A DNA stretch of 64,000 bases from Adineta vaga (taxonomy: Eukaryota; Animalia; Rotifera). Where the stretch lies: contig CP075497.1 in NCBI GenBank assembly GCA_021613535.1, forward strand, positions 5,952,001 through 6,016,000, given 5' to 3'. The notes beneath the pieces were generated by a model. It was not told the DNA's origin, made no database searches, and saw only the letters and a program-made list of their open reading frames with translations. The translations under genes were made by a program, and so were the position numbers. Below are positions 45,977-59,354 of the stretch, in pieces (position 1 is the stretch's first letter; each line of letters begins with the position of its first letter).

Positions 45977-46046
45977 GTGATACGCTGGGAAAAAACCAGA
46001 GTATCACTTGATACGTTGCTTGCAATCCCACAGTATATATACTGTG
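45977..46046 (+). promoter_or_regulatory. Putative defensin promoter with two dyad-symmetric elements
   Basis: GTGATACGCTGG-GAAAAAA-CCAGAGTATCAC (11/12 inverted repeat, 45977-46007) and the perfect palindrome CACAGTATATATACTGTG (46029-46046) containing a TATA-like core, about 70 bp before the ATG. Confidence 0.45.
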
Positions 46047-46113
46047 ATCTTCTGTTTCAGATTTGTGTTAGAAACCCTTAAAGCGTGGTTCATACAAACT
46101 AAACACTATTAAC

Positions 46114-46432
46114 ATGTTATCGAAACTCGATGTTTTCATTATTTTCTCACTTATTGCAATTGGCACTTCAAGTAAACTTTTCTTTATAATTTCGTCTAAC
46201 ATTTGAACACTTCGATCGTTTTTTAGTGAGTATTAGAGAGAAGAAGCAAAACGTTATGGATAGTATATGTTCATTTGGTGGTAATGCTGCATGTGCTTTG
46301 TATTGTTTCAGTACAAAACTTTCAATAACAGGTCATTGTGATGAAAATAATAATTGTATTTGTGATTCAACTTTAACTGCAAACAATAATACTATTATTG
46401 AAGAAGTTGAAGTATTTATCATTAATAAATGA
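46114..46432 (+). CDS. CS-alpha-beta (invertebrate-type) defensin precursor, two exons
   Basis: Signal peptide MLSKLDVFIIFSLIAIGTS, a phase-1 intron, a KK processing site, then ICSFGGNAACALYCFSTKLSITGHCDENNNCIC (C-x7-CxxxC-x8-GxC-x5-CxC). Confidence 0.85.
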
Positions 46433-47688
46433 TCTGTATTATATTTTCTTTTTTTCTCTTTCTCTCTCTCATATATTCTGATGTTATGATCTATTATACT
46501 GTTCGATAGTTTTTCTATGTTGATACAAAAAGAAAACGTTTCAATAAAAAATATTCACAATTCAATTGCTCATTTTGAATGTAACAGATATCTGATCTAC
46601 TTTGAAAGCATTATCATACTCTCTACCGATAATGGTGATGTGTCATATATGAATATTAACACTTGACTTCTTTATCGTGTTAAAATGGCTCATAAACGTC
46701 TCTTCTTCTAACAACATCACATATGAGTACGAGTAAACTAAAAAAATCTTCTGATTCTCTAGATATCTCACTTCTTTGCTACTAAGCACTTTGTATAAAG
46801 ATCACTACTTAATAGAATAGGTATATTTCAATAAAAACGAATTCTATTTCAAGTACATTTGAATTGAAAATATGATTACCAGTTAAAGATCATATTGTTC
46901 TTCATATGTAAGCAAAGTATATGGAAGCATAATCATATTCATTCAATATTCAAACGTACAGTTCTCAGCTATATACTGAAATACTGAATTTTGATTCGCA
47001 TCGATTCAAATTATTAGACATGTTTGAACAGACCCATATCCACTCATATTGCATCATATCATATAACACTTCGAACAGATTGTAGTTTGAGAATCGAAAA
47101 TATTGTCCAATAGAATAGTTGTGATTAAATCGTATTTATTTTTGCACTTCAATATTTATCCATTGATCCTTTCATTTAGAACTATTATTATGTCAGTTTT
47201 TGTTTAAGAAAAAGATGATTATGTATTACATATAAAACATGAACAGATGAATTTTAAAAGTTATTCTTGTTTTCTAACAGTTAACTGGAATAATATTGAC
47301 TGTAGGATAATATGTTAGTAATCGTTTGGAAAAGTACTTCATTTATATTTATGATACAAAATCGCAACTAATATATTCGACAGATTTTCTGAGTAATTAT
47401 ATCTAAATATACAATGTTATGTCATAGTCGACGTCAACCATTCATATTCTGATATTCTCATAATTAAATATGAATAAATCAACCCAATTTTCTTTACATC
47501 ATCTTTACTAAAAGAATCCGAATATTTCTTTTCTATAATAGTTTTTATTTATCTATATATGCAATGAATGGCATAGAATTAGGAAAACAAACGGATGCAC
47601 ACGCATATACACACACACACATACAACAAATATCATAAGCAACTGTGCTGTCACTGAGAGAAATAAACAGAAAAAAAGCACACCGGGC

Positions 47689-47712
47689 AGAGAGAGAGAG
47701 AGAGAGAGAGAG
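47689..47712. repeat. (AG)12 microsatellite
   Basis: Directly visible dinucleotide run in the 3' region of the RBR gene. Confidence 0.9.
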
Positions 47713-47776
47713 TTATAAACACGCGTGCAGGCCAGAAACAAAACGTATATACAATCTTCACAAATGCAAGAAAATA

Positions 47777-49719
47777 TTAATGTTCAGTAGTCATCGAATG
47801 ATGACGATTGAGACTTTGATGAAGATTTGCTGAAAGATTATTTAAACTTTGACTTCGATCTTTTCCTATAGTTGAAGCTGGTGTTGTTGGACAAGTGCGA
47901 TAGTTTAATGGAGAATTACATATTTCATTGAAATCACTAAACAAATGTTCGACATCCATATCAGCAAAAATCGAAAGAGGAAAATCATGATCAATTTCAT
48001 TATCAATATCATCAGGATCATCTTCGTCAAGTGTATGAGTAAATGATAATCCTCCTGAATGTTGTCGAAGTGCACGTAAAATATCTTCAGTAAGATCACC
48101 ATGTAAATCCATATGAAATGCTGCATGTATCATTGCTTGACGTTCACCTAGATCATGTTCGAGCAAAAATGGTTCACCAATTGGAAATGCTGTTTCTATA
48201 TGTGGATGACGACGATTACGTACATGTTTAACTAGTTTATAGATTCCAAAAGGTGGTAAAACAGTTATGGCTGCAGTAACAGCACCAGCAACTATCACTG
48301 GTGATGCAACGACAACACCAGTAGCGATCATACCACGAATAGTTCGACGAAGCCAAGGTTTTTCTGGATAGAAATTATATGGACATCCGAACATACTAGA
48401 AAGCGAAATATTTTACAAAATTGGTTGAGATCAGTAATTGTTTTTCACCTGAATTTATTACTATGTTGACCAATAAATGGAATTTGTACATAACGTCGAC
48501 CACATAAATAACAAAATTCACATGCACATGATTGACAAGTCATATGAGGACAACCTAAACGAAATAGATGAAATAAAACATTGATGAAACAAAATGAAAT
48601 TAAATACCTCCAGCACGTTGAATAAGTGAAGAACATTTTGGACATTTTCGAGCATTCCATTGTTCTTCATTTTTTTGATTGATCCATTTTGATAGAAGTT
48701 TATCACCTTTAATAAATTGTTTGCATGTCATATTTTCATGCCAAGGTGCTGAACAACGAAAACACCAGACAAGTGAACATTCTGAACATTGAACTTGTTT
48801 CGGAATTTTTTTATTATTATTTTGTGTTTTAAATTTTTTTTCTTTTACAATGGGAATGGATTTGACTGTGTCCAACGAATAAAGATGACAACAACGTGGA
48901 CCTAAAGATAATCATTAGAAATCAAATCATTAGATCAAGAAACTATTTACATGTTTTAGCACGTGGATTTTGATTAGCAATTAAATATAATCTTAAATAT
49001 CGTTCATGTAATGGAGGATCATATCGAACAAAATTAACGATCGATTCTCTTGTAAGATACTTATTACATTCATTTGCTACACATGGAATTTTAATTCGTC
49101 CATCGTTGATTGTAGATGATATATGTGCACGCCAACAATTATTACAACACAGAAAATAACAACAGGGAGAAACTTGTAATACTGCTTGTTCTAAACAAAT
49201 AGGACAAGGAGAGCTGACATAATTTGGTGGTGTTGGAAACGATTGAGGATCTAGTGAATCGTCAATAATTGTTTCATCGCCATCATCATCATCATCATCT
49301 TCGTCGTCGTCGTCAACATCATCAAACGTTTTATTATCACCATCACTTAGAGTAACAGTCTTTTCCACATCTGTCAATAAGCCACAAGACTTATTATTAT
49401 CGTTAGGCAGACGTCCTTCATCGATAGGAGTTGTCGTAATCTCAATATTATTCGGTATTGTAGTTGTATTCGTTAATGATTGACGACGACGAAGTGATTG
49501 GGCAACGGAGCCTGTTTCAATACAATAGATCGTCAATGAAGTTGTCGATGATGCTACTGAGGATATTGTCGTTATCGATGATGACGGTGTGACTGTGGAG
49601 ACATCAAGTTTATTTGAAAGTGAATGATGAATAGGTGAATTAACATTCAAAGTATGCGATGGATTGATATCTTTCACGGACGGAATATCATTTGAGCTAG
49701 ATAGACACTGCTCAGCCAT
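47777..49719 (-). CDS. RBR (RING-IBR-RING) E3 ubiquitin ligase, RNF217/RNF144-like
   Basis: RING1 CPICLE...CC...CNNCW...IPCVANEC; IBR KTCPRC...VQCSECSLVWCFRCSAPWH; RING2 CPKC...AGGCPHMTC; hydrophobic segment after FGCPYNFYPEKP. Confidence 0.88.
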
Positions 49720-51846
49720 CTAAAATAACAATACAATCCTTTTTATTTATTCTTAATTTAGTTTTTGAAAAAAAAATTCTAATCAGATGGCTTACAAAAA
49801 GACGCTTAGCTTGTCGGAAATAAAACTAAATCATATTTGAAAAGAAAATGAGTATAGATATTAAAATTAATGATCGAGCAGAACGTCATTAATACTGACA
49901 GTCAATATCGTGAAGAGATAAATTGTATTGATGTAAATCGTCAGTTTCCTTCACTTTCTCTCTCTCTCATCTGTTTTTTGTACATACATTCTCATGTATA
50001 ATGACGATCAGCAGTGAACACGCACGCGCTTACTCGTAAAGGTTTCTATCTTTCTCTCTTTTCTTTTCGCTTTTTTTTATTCTTTCAGTAAGATTGCGTA
50101 TGAATTTGCTCTCCCTCGTTCTTTTTCTTCCCTTTCTTTCATTCTCTCTATGACGGTGTTATATGTTGACGACATTCAACGCAATTTGTTATTCGCTTCA
50201 TCTTGCCATCGGTTACAACAAAAAAAAACCGAAAGGAAAGAAGAAAATCGTCGTCATTTTCTTTTCTCCTTTCTGTTTAATTACGTTTTGCTTCTCGTAA
50301 GAAAAAAAAAGTGTCCCGATATAGTTGTGCAAGGCGTGGGTTGTCGTTTTGTCAGAATAAAGAGAGAAAGAAAAAATGAAGAAATCTATCGAAATACGCC
50401 ACATCACACAAATAAGAATAAGAAGAGGAGGAAAAAAAACGTCCGACGATCATCGCCCTCTTGATAGAATAGTTAAAAAATCGGGCATGAAGAAAAGTTG
50501 TCATCAAAAGTCTTCGACATTTTTTCATTTGTATCACTGATGAGTCTATTATATCATCGTGATCTACGATGACAACTGTAAATCTGATACATTTATTTGC
50601 TGACGATGAATCATACGCATTAGACTTGTTTTACTTCATAGGATATTTAATATTTTGTTTGTTATTATTCTGTCTATTCCATCGAAACTAAGTTGTCAAA
50701 TATAGTTGTTTAAAGGCAAAACTATCTGTATGTGCTGTATTATCTCGATCTATATTTAGACAATAACTTAGCCTTGGCAAAATCATAATAACAGATGAAG
50801 GTTATTTTTTAGCTTATCGTACAGTTTAGAATTTATCGAGGGATTAAGCAATTATGAAATAAAGATCCGTTTTAAAATCATAGAATAGATTATCAATTAT
50901 TTGATCAGGAAGAATATGAGTTTTTATCGGATATTACTGTTGTGTTTTGTAAGTAAGATTATTTGAGATTGATTTGATGTGTGTGACAGCAAACTGACAA
51001 CAAGTCTGATGTTTAGAACAAGAAATATTCAGTTTAAGAAAATCAATCTAATAGTTGTTCAAAAATAGAGCTAAGTATAGTTTCGATATGCATGTAAAAA
51101 AGAAAATATATTTTATTAATTGAGATAAACTTCAAGAAAAAAGGAAAAAAAGTTAAAAAGAATTTAAATTTAATATTATTTAAAGAAAAACAGTTTTAGT
51201 AAATAACTAGAATGATCTTTTCTTGGGAAGGATATTAGTCTTGAAGGAAAGGTGATATATCGTGCGTTTCTGAAACCACTCACAGGAAAACCATAAATAC
51301 AATACAAAAAAAATATCTAGATAATCACAACATGACAAATACAAAACACAACAAAAACGTACAGGTTAGACATGCATCGAATCCGGACGCTGTTCGGAAA
51401 TCCCGGGTTCGATGTACCCGAGATACATTATTGTCGAATGGAAAATACTCCGTCACTACCACTCTCTAATACATCGACATGTTCTCAAAATGATTCTGTT
51501 GTTTTGCCTTTCTGCAATTCACTCAACTTCTCCATTTCAAAGATGCAACTACCGCCTAGAAAAGAAATCATATGGAAACTTTTTCATCCAATTTGAGATA
51601 TCTTAATTCTCAAGTAGTCACAACTGATGATCAAGATTTCATTTTCAGACTTGTCTCGATGTAAAATCCATGAATTACTTCATTGACGATTTTTAATCTT
51701 GGTTCTATTCGAATCGAGGAATGTTCGAACAAGCAATATTCAGTCTCGATACATGTCTAGTGGTTGCATATCAAAGTGACGTTCTACGTTTGTTAAATAG
51801 AAAATGAAAAAAATTGGGACAAATTGAATGAATGAATATAACTGGA

Positions 51847-54800
51847 TTAAGGTAGCGTTCTGCTTATTGTATTAGTTGACTTTAGGATGGGGCCAGCTTG
51901 ATTTGCTACTTGTTGTTGAAATTGAATACGAATATCTTCTTCTTCATTTTCATCAAAACTTGATATCGATCTCAATTGACTGCGTTGATAACGATCGGCA
52001 ACGATGGCAATCAATGCGGCTCCTTTACCACTACCATCATCAGACAATGTTATTTTGAACTAAATAGATAACAAATCAAATTAATTCGGTAATAAAATTA
52101 TCCTGATTAAGAATTCAAAAAAAATAAAAAATAAAAAACAAGCTGGAGCTATATCAGTTCATGCAAATTTTCTTCGTTCTCTGTTACAGTTAATGCTACA
52201 TTCCAAACAGCATCATCTGATAAGTGTAATAGAAAGGAAAGTTACTTTACTATTTCATCATTCAGATACATTTAGGATTTTGTCGATGTTTGATTGGGAA
52301 ATGTTACGAAAAATAGAATGTTTTTTTTACATACCTTGATATTTTTACTGACCAGAGTCTTCATAGATTTCTCCATATTTCTCTTAAATCTTGGATGATA
52401 ACGATAGAGCGAACCATCAACACCAACAGTCACATTTGGTTTATTGATACGATTAATGATGACGGCAAGACCTAAATTTCATTCGTTCATTTAAATTTCC
52501 TTTTTATTGTCATATTTAGAATTGCTCTTTACCTGCGCCAGCTAATCGTGCAGCTCGTTTCGAAACATTTTTGCAAATATGCTGAACAATAGCACAATCA
52601 TCAAATGTTGGATTTCGAATACCCATATCTTCCAAAACACGTCTTGTATTTGCAAAAGCAATTCCTTCATCAGTTTCAACTGTACTAACAAATTTGGTAT
52701 AGAAACCACCACGAGTAAATAATGGTGTACTATAATCTCCATAACCATCCCGTTGACCAATAAATAAGAGATCTTGTTGCATTAAATCAAGAATGATCAA
52801 GCGAACAATTTCACCCATATACATTCCACTGATCATTTTCTCAAAGCTAAAATAAATTCATAGAGAAAATGAAGTAATTATTATTCATCAAATATGCTTC
52901 TTCATTTACATTTGTTTGCCAGGATTGACTGATGAAAGATCAACTTCTTCATCATACTTTGTTCGAATATCGTTTAGACGATTATTATTACCAAATGCGC
53001 CCCATTCCATATTGATAATAACTTGTTTTGGTTCATTATAATCTCCATCCCATGTACCAACCTTGTCTAAACTTTCCATATAACATGCATTAGTACCTGT
53101 ACCTAAGATCAGACCAATTGCTGTATTTGGATCTTTATATGCACATGCCATCAATGTACCAACAGTATCATTGACAAGAGCAACACATTGTACATTTAGT
53201 TTCTAAAGAGACAAAGAGAATTTATAAGTAGAAGTTTATGATTTGATTATCGTACTTTTTCATCAATAGCTGTTTGAAGTAATTTAACAACGTCTTCATT
53301 AACAACACCAGAACATGTAAAACCTTTGGTCCATGTTGATAATCGTGCTGATGCAAGACCTTCTTGTTTACAAGGAAATGAAAATGTGAAACCTAGAGAC
53401 AAATATGTATAATAATCAATATATTATTATTTAAAAAAGTCCTACCTAATGGATAACGAGTGCCAGTCGATAAAAGATTTTCTTTTTTCATAAAATCCAA
53501 AAGACAATCAGCAAGATGACGGAAAAGCTATATAAAATTACTCATTTTCAAAAGTTTTCTTTGTTATCACTCATATAACTTACATTGACACCCTCACCAA
53601 GCATAATTGATTGTGGTATAACGAATATTTTGGATGTTAATTCAAATTTTGATTGGGGCAATAAAGTAACGAGTAAAACACGAAAGTTGGTTCCACCTAA
53701 ATCCAATGCAAGTACTTTGCCAGTTTCCGAACCATCAGCTATAGTTCGAACATAGGTTGCAAACATTTTAACATCTGCATTTTTATGTGTAGCTGGAGAA
53801 AGACCATCATTCATTTCTTTTTCGAGGAATTGCATTATTTGACGCAGTTTTACATCATCAAGCCGTAGTGATTCAAGTACTTTTTCAATCTATGAAAAGA
53901 AAACTTCAGTGCCATCGTCAGAATCGGACTCTATCGTCTGCTGCGAGGTCATCTTTGCTCCTTAATGATGAATCAGAGAGTCAAAAGAACAGCATCACGT
54001 TTACAAACATTGATAGGAAAGAACTAGAATAGATAGTAAAAAATCATTCTAGAGGTTACACACCCACATTCACACACATTCTTTTACGTGACGTTCTGTC
54101 TACGCTAGATGATATCACTTTATCAGATAGTCTTTAATCTTTTGTGCTATCATTTATTTATGATTATAGTTTTATTTGAGTGTAATACTATAAAAATCAG
54201 TACTCATCTATATGACAACTATTGATTATTTCATTATAATTAATTGTGAGAAAGTTTCAGTTACTTTTACTCTTATTTCATTGAAATTTGATCTTAATCA
54301 TTACTAATTATTATCAATATTCCCTAGATATTCTTCGTTTTCTTTTTTTCATCGAAGAAAGAAACAACTTGTCAGTTATTCTTGAAGGAGAAGCACTATT
54401 GATGCAATAAACAAACATAGTCTAAGAAGAAGTAGCAATTTTTCTTTGAGTCTACAATTATTCTTCTCTTTTTCTCTCTTTCTATCATTTTCACCATAGG
54501 TTGGTGATGAATAATATTCAACTGTGATTTTGTCGTTCTGAACGGGGGTGTGTCGACGCTAGATTGCATTAGCTAAAACCTATTTTCTCAACAGACGTCT
54601 CTCACTGTTAGTCAAAGTGACGTTTTATTGCATCATCCAATTTTTTCTCTTGTACTAACAAAGCAAACACAATGGGATATCCTTCATGACTCGTTCTTAT
54701 GACGTCAGAATAAAAAGAACTAACTATTAGTTTATATCTTTATGTACCTGTTCGTTTGATTCTGGATGTCTATTTTGTAAAGTATATGTCTTGTTATTGG

Positions 54801-54927
54801 GTCCTGCCGCTTTATAACCCACATAAGCTGCTAAACCAACGACGGAACAAGCAGCAAGACTGAAAAGGCCAATCCGTAAAGTCGACGACAATGGTTCGTC
54901 GTTAATAAGATTCGCAAGTGATGACAT
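51847..54927 (-). CDS. Single-domain hexokinase with an N-terminal hydrophobic anchor
   Basis: [73 protein letters not shown] and [10 protein letters not shown]. Confidence 0.97.
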
Positions 54928-55873
54928 TAGTCGAGTAATTTTGTATAATCTTTGAGAATTTTAAAACATTATTAATATCCGCGAAACACAGCCGGACAAT
55001 TTTCTTCTTCTTCTTCTTCTTGTACAAATGTTAACGTCGAAAACACAATGATAAATATAATTACGAAGATTTGAGTTGAAACTGTCGAGTAAAATGGTGA
55101 ATAAACGTGTCTTTGATCGTTTAAAATACACACTCGACGGTATAGTCGTTTTTTTGTAAAGAACGACAAAAAAAACTTACTGAACGAAGGAAATTTCTAA
55201 GGAGCAAAATCGTACTTTAGTTTTTGTTCTTTTAGTGTCCTTTCTTGTAGCTGTACGATCGTTTTGTTAGCGTACCCGTATGCGATGCGTAGTAAATGTG
55301 TTCGAGCGTGTGTGTAGTCTGAGTAGGAGTTGCCTCTCTATTCTCGCATTTGCATACAAGCCGTGCCCCTTCTCTCTCTTTTTCATTCTGTCGAACGCGA
55401 TAATATATTTTTCTTTCTTTCTTTCTTTCCATTTTTCCCACGTCTCTCTCACAATTTTCCCTTCATTATATCTGGCACCAAAATAGGTCTTCTTTTCTTT
55501 CTTTCTTTCTTTTTTCTTCTCATATTTTGCTATAACTACTTGATGTCAATGCAAAGAACTATAGAGAAATAATTGCAGACGCTGTCTGGCAGAAAGTAAA
55601 GGAAAACATAGAGAAGGGAAACAATCCATATGGTTACTTTTAATTTTTAATAGAGAAATTCTTATAAGAAATTATGGGTTTTTTTCGCTTGATTAGTTTA
55701 TTAAACATCAACAGGCAAATGATTATAATTATTCGATTCTTTTTTCTTTCATTAACTAAATCGTTGAATTTATCAAATGAAAACAATTACAATAGAAAGA
55801 TTTCAATAAAAGAGAATAGTTGTCAGTTAAATGAGAAGATAACATAGTGTCAAAATTTATATTGCCTTGTTTA

Positions 55874-58550
55874 TTAATATTTCTTTCCTATTGATCTATT
55901 GTTTCCACAATCAGCAAGTTCGACAGGAACGCAATCATTATCTCGAGATGAATATGCTAAGCCATTGTCACATTCCATGACACTATGCCAACCTTTTGAA
56001 GGAAAAGAATATATTAACGATGATTTTCCTAACAAATGAACAGTTAAGAGATATTTCTTACCGGTAGCACAATAATGAAATTTATGACAATGAACAGGAT
56101 CAGCATAGTAACCATTTGTACGGCCTGCACAAGTAAATATTGAAGGTAATCCAAATGGAGCAGCGGTTGTTGCTGCTGCTGTTGTTGTTGTTGTTGTCGT
56201 TGTAGTTTTTACAACAGCGCGTGTAAATGAATGAAACCATTTTCTTTTCGATGATCCTTTAAGAAGATAAGTTCAATATAATAGACAAAGAAAAAAAGGG
56301 TTTCTTTTTTCAAATACCTGTAGGAGGTTCAAATGATTTCGAGCTTTGACAACCAGTAAGATGAGCTGACATACATAAACGTAATAAAGATTCCCACGCA
56401 AGACCAGGTGCACACATGGATCGATAGTCACGTCCGTCAATACAGACATGATAGATACGACAATCTTGTGCGTCACCAAAATACCCATCAGCTATATTAG
56501 AAAGAAAACTTAATGCGTATTAAAAACAAAGAAAAGAAAAAAGAAAATATTGTTTACCTATACAACTGAAACGAGTTGAACGTTGTTTTTTGATTACGCT
56601 AGGATTGTTCGAGAAAATATCCGAAGTTGTAACTAAAATATTCAATCGAAAATAGAACTAATTTTTCGTCATCGTTCATAGAATACAACTACTTTGTTTT
56701 AATTACTATAAAAGCTTTTTCTTAGATTTTAATTGTATTATGCAAACAAGGACGTTTGCAATAGGTTTAGTATATTCACTCATACGAAGTTACAATACAA
56801 TCAATGAGCCTCACAAAAATGTCATCAATAAATTTTTATGCTCGTTCTTTAAGCACATATTTCATATCTTTCATTATTGACTTTGCGTGATTGTTGAAAC
56901 AGACAAAGTCACAAATCATAAAGACATCATTCATTCTTAAAACTAATCATGAAGAATCTTCATATAAATATACATATATATCAAGATGAATATGGTCTGA
57001 TTATGTATTTAGTAATGAATACTCAACGTTTTTAATCAAATTGCTATTTGTTCAAAATAAACTTACATGGTGAGATTGTTGTTGTTGATGTTCCGATTGA
57101 AGATTCAGGTTTTGCACCATGACATTCCGCTTGTTCATAAGATTTACATGTTTTAGTAATACGATCAAATAATAAATTATTTGGACATGTACGTTGTTCT
57201 AAATGTCCATCAACACATTGAACATATTGAGAACAAATAACAGGATCAGCAAAACGCATTTGACTGGAATAATTGGCTGGACAAGAATTTTGACCTAGTT
57301 CAGTAATGAATTTCAATAATTATCAATGCATTCATTCTACATGCTTACATTCAGTTACTTCATGAGGCCAAGCACAACTTTCCATACCTTGAAAAGACAT
57401 TTTATATCGGTAAAGAACTATTTAATACAAGAAGGAATTTTCTTACGTGCACTCCAGATAAGACCAGATGAACAAAGTAAAGAATCGCTTTGAGTTTTGA
57501 CACCTAAGTTTATGGAATACAATATTTTGAGTAGATATAAAGATAATTCCTACCATCACAATAATGAAATACCGAACAATCATAAGGATCAGGAAAATAA
57601 CCTGAACTACCAGTTGCACATTCAATTGGTGAATATGGAGGTGCAATTTGTCCTTCGCCTAAATTCAAATTATATGAAACAATAATGTACATATCAAGAA
57701 AATTAATATGTTCTAACATTCCGCATCTTTTGGCCATAGACAACCATTTGAACTTGCTGAAAAATGTAATCCTGCATTACAACGATGTGTAGATTGTAGT
57801 ACTCCAAGAACACACCAATGATAAATTGAACAGGAACTTGGATCAGCGAAGAATCCTGTTGCACCTGGTCGACATGTATAATTACCTTTATTCAGTTGAG
57901 TATTTGCTGCTGTCGTTGATGTCGATGTTGTTATCACATCTACATACAAATAATACAATGTCATCAATCATTAAGAAATATCTTACCTTCATCTTGACCC
58001 CATTTTTTCCTACCACCAATACATGATGTCGAAGTTTGTGTACTACAACCGATTTTTGTTTCATCCCAAAGCATACCATTTTTACACCAACGAACAGATT
58101 GTGTTCCACCATAACAGACATGAAATTTACGGCAATCATCTCGATCAGCAAAAAAACCATCCTCTAGAATTGAGATCAATCATTCAATTGATGATTTCTT
58201 CTTTTTTTTCATGCTAGATTTTTCTTACCAGCACAACGTGAACCAACTTCAGACATATATTGAATTCCCGATGATTTGTCTTCATTTGTATCTATTTGAA
58301 AAGAAGCATGATTAGTTTTCAAAACTCCAATCGATATTATTCATATACATTTAGCAAGTTTTTTCACTTTAGTTATTGTTGTATTTCGTGATGTAGCTGA
58401 TGATGACGTACTATTCGCTTGATTATAAAATGTTGCGAGTGTTCCACCGATAGTATATAATATCAATGTTACTAAATAATAATAATATAAATATATACAT
58501 ATTATAAAAAGAAGAATCTTACTGAATAGAATCGAATATCTCAAAACCAT
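55874..58550 (-). CDS. Secreted peritrophin-like protein with six CBM14 (peritrophin-A) chitin-binding domains and Thr-rich linkers
   Basis: Six C..GFFAD..C..F/Y..C......C..GL.W/F....C......C units, a signal peptide and poly-Thr spacers. Confidence 0.9.
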
Positions 58551-59354
58551 GTTTTGCGTATCTTTGTTCAGTTTGAATTGTATGTATCGACAAGTAGATG
58601 GTTACTTCGGACAAGTGAATTTGATGAATGAAGCCATTCTTTTATAAAGATTGACAATTTATTCATGTCAATTGACACATAAGAAGACAATATGTCAAGC
58701 ACGTTTCATTCAATTAACAACACTCGTTCTCATACGTAAGAGATTAAAAACGAAAAAGGAATTGTTTTATATTGGCTTATATTGATAAGCTTTGAATAGA
58801 ATAAGGCACGATTAATAAATTACTGAATCGATTGCGTCGCCAGATTGTTTCGATATGGATTGTGAGGATTTTCTAAGACAATAACAAGTTCGTCTTACAC
58901 TATTTGTTTGCATGACGCAAAATATTTGATAAACGCTTGTTCCGTAACATAATATTGATTGTTTACATATTTTATATAGTGACGTCTCGACCTTTGATTT
59001 GTCTTCCACAAAGAAGAATTCTTTAACAAATATGATTCTTCAATTCGAAGTTTCATTTCTCAATACATATGGTCATATTCCTAAACTAAAGATAACATTT
59101 TCATCAGTCACAACTATTGCAAGACAGGTATGAAAACATTATCTTTGTAAACGATTTTACCTTCACTTCGTAAGAGAAAATCACTCGAACCAAAACGAAA
59201 GAAGCATTTATACTAATTAAGTATCAACCTTTCCATGGTCATATTCACATCTGATCGTGACTGATATGTAAAATCAAAATCAATGATGCGTGATAACTGA
59301 TATACAGTCAAAGAAAAAACGTATTCGAAGGTGTTCATCATCACATATCTAACT

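Noticed and set aside
50150-50537. Overlapping short ORFs upstream of the RBR gene (similarly 12417-12722, 55232-55572 and 60197-60652)
   Set aside because: Low-complexity promoter/UTR sequence with no domain signal; expected chance ORFs.
51395-51425. GGGTTCGA, tRNA T-loop-like
   Set aside because: No cloverleaf, A-box or acceptor stem can be built.
52145-52240. Minus-strand [12 protein letters not shown] reading inside the last hexokinase intron, resembling the real last exon [12 protein letters not shown]
   Set aside because: No in-frame AG acceptor precedes it, and the GSGxGAA motif is absent. The similarity is limited to LSDD.
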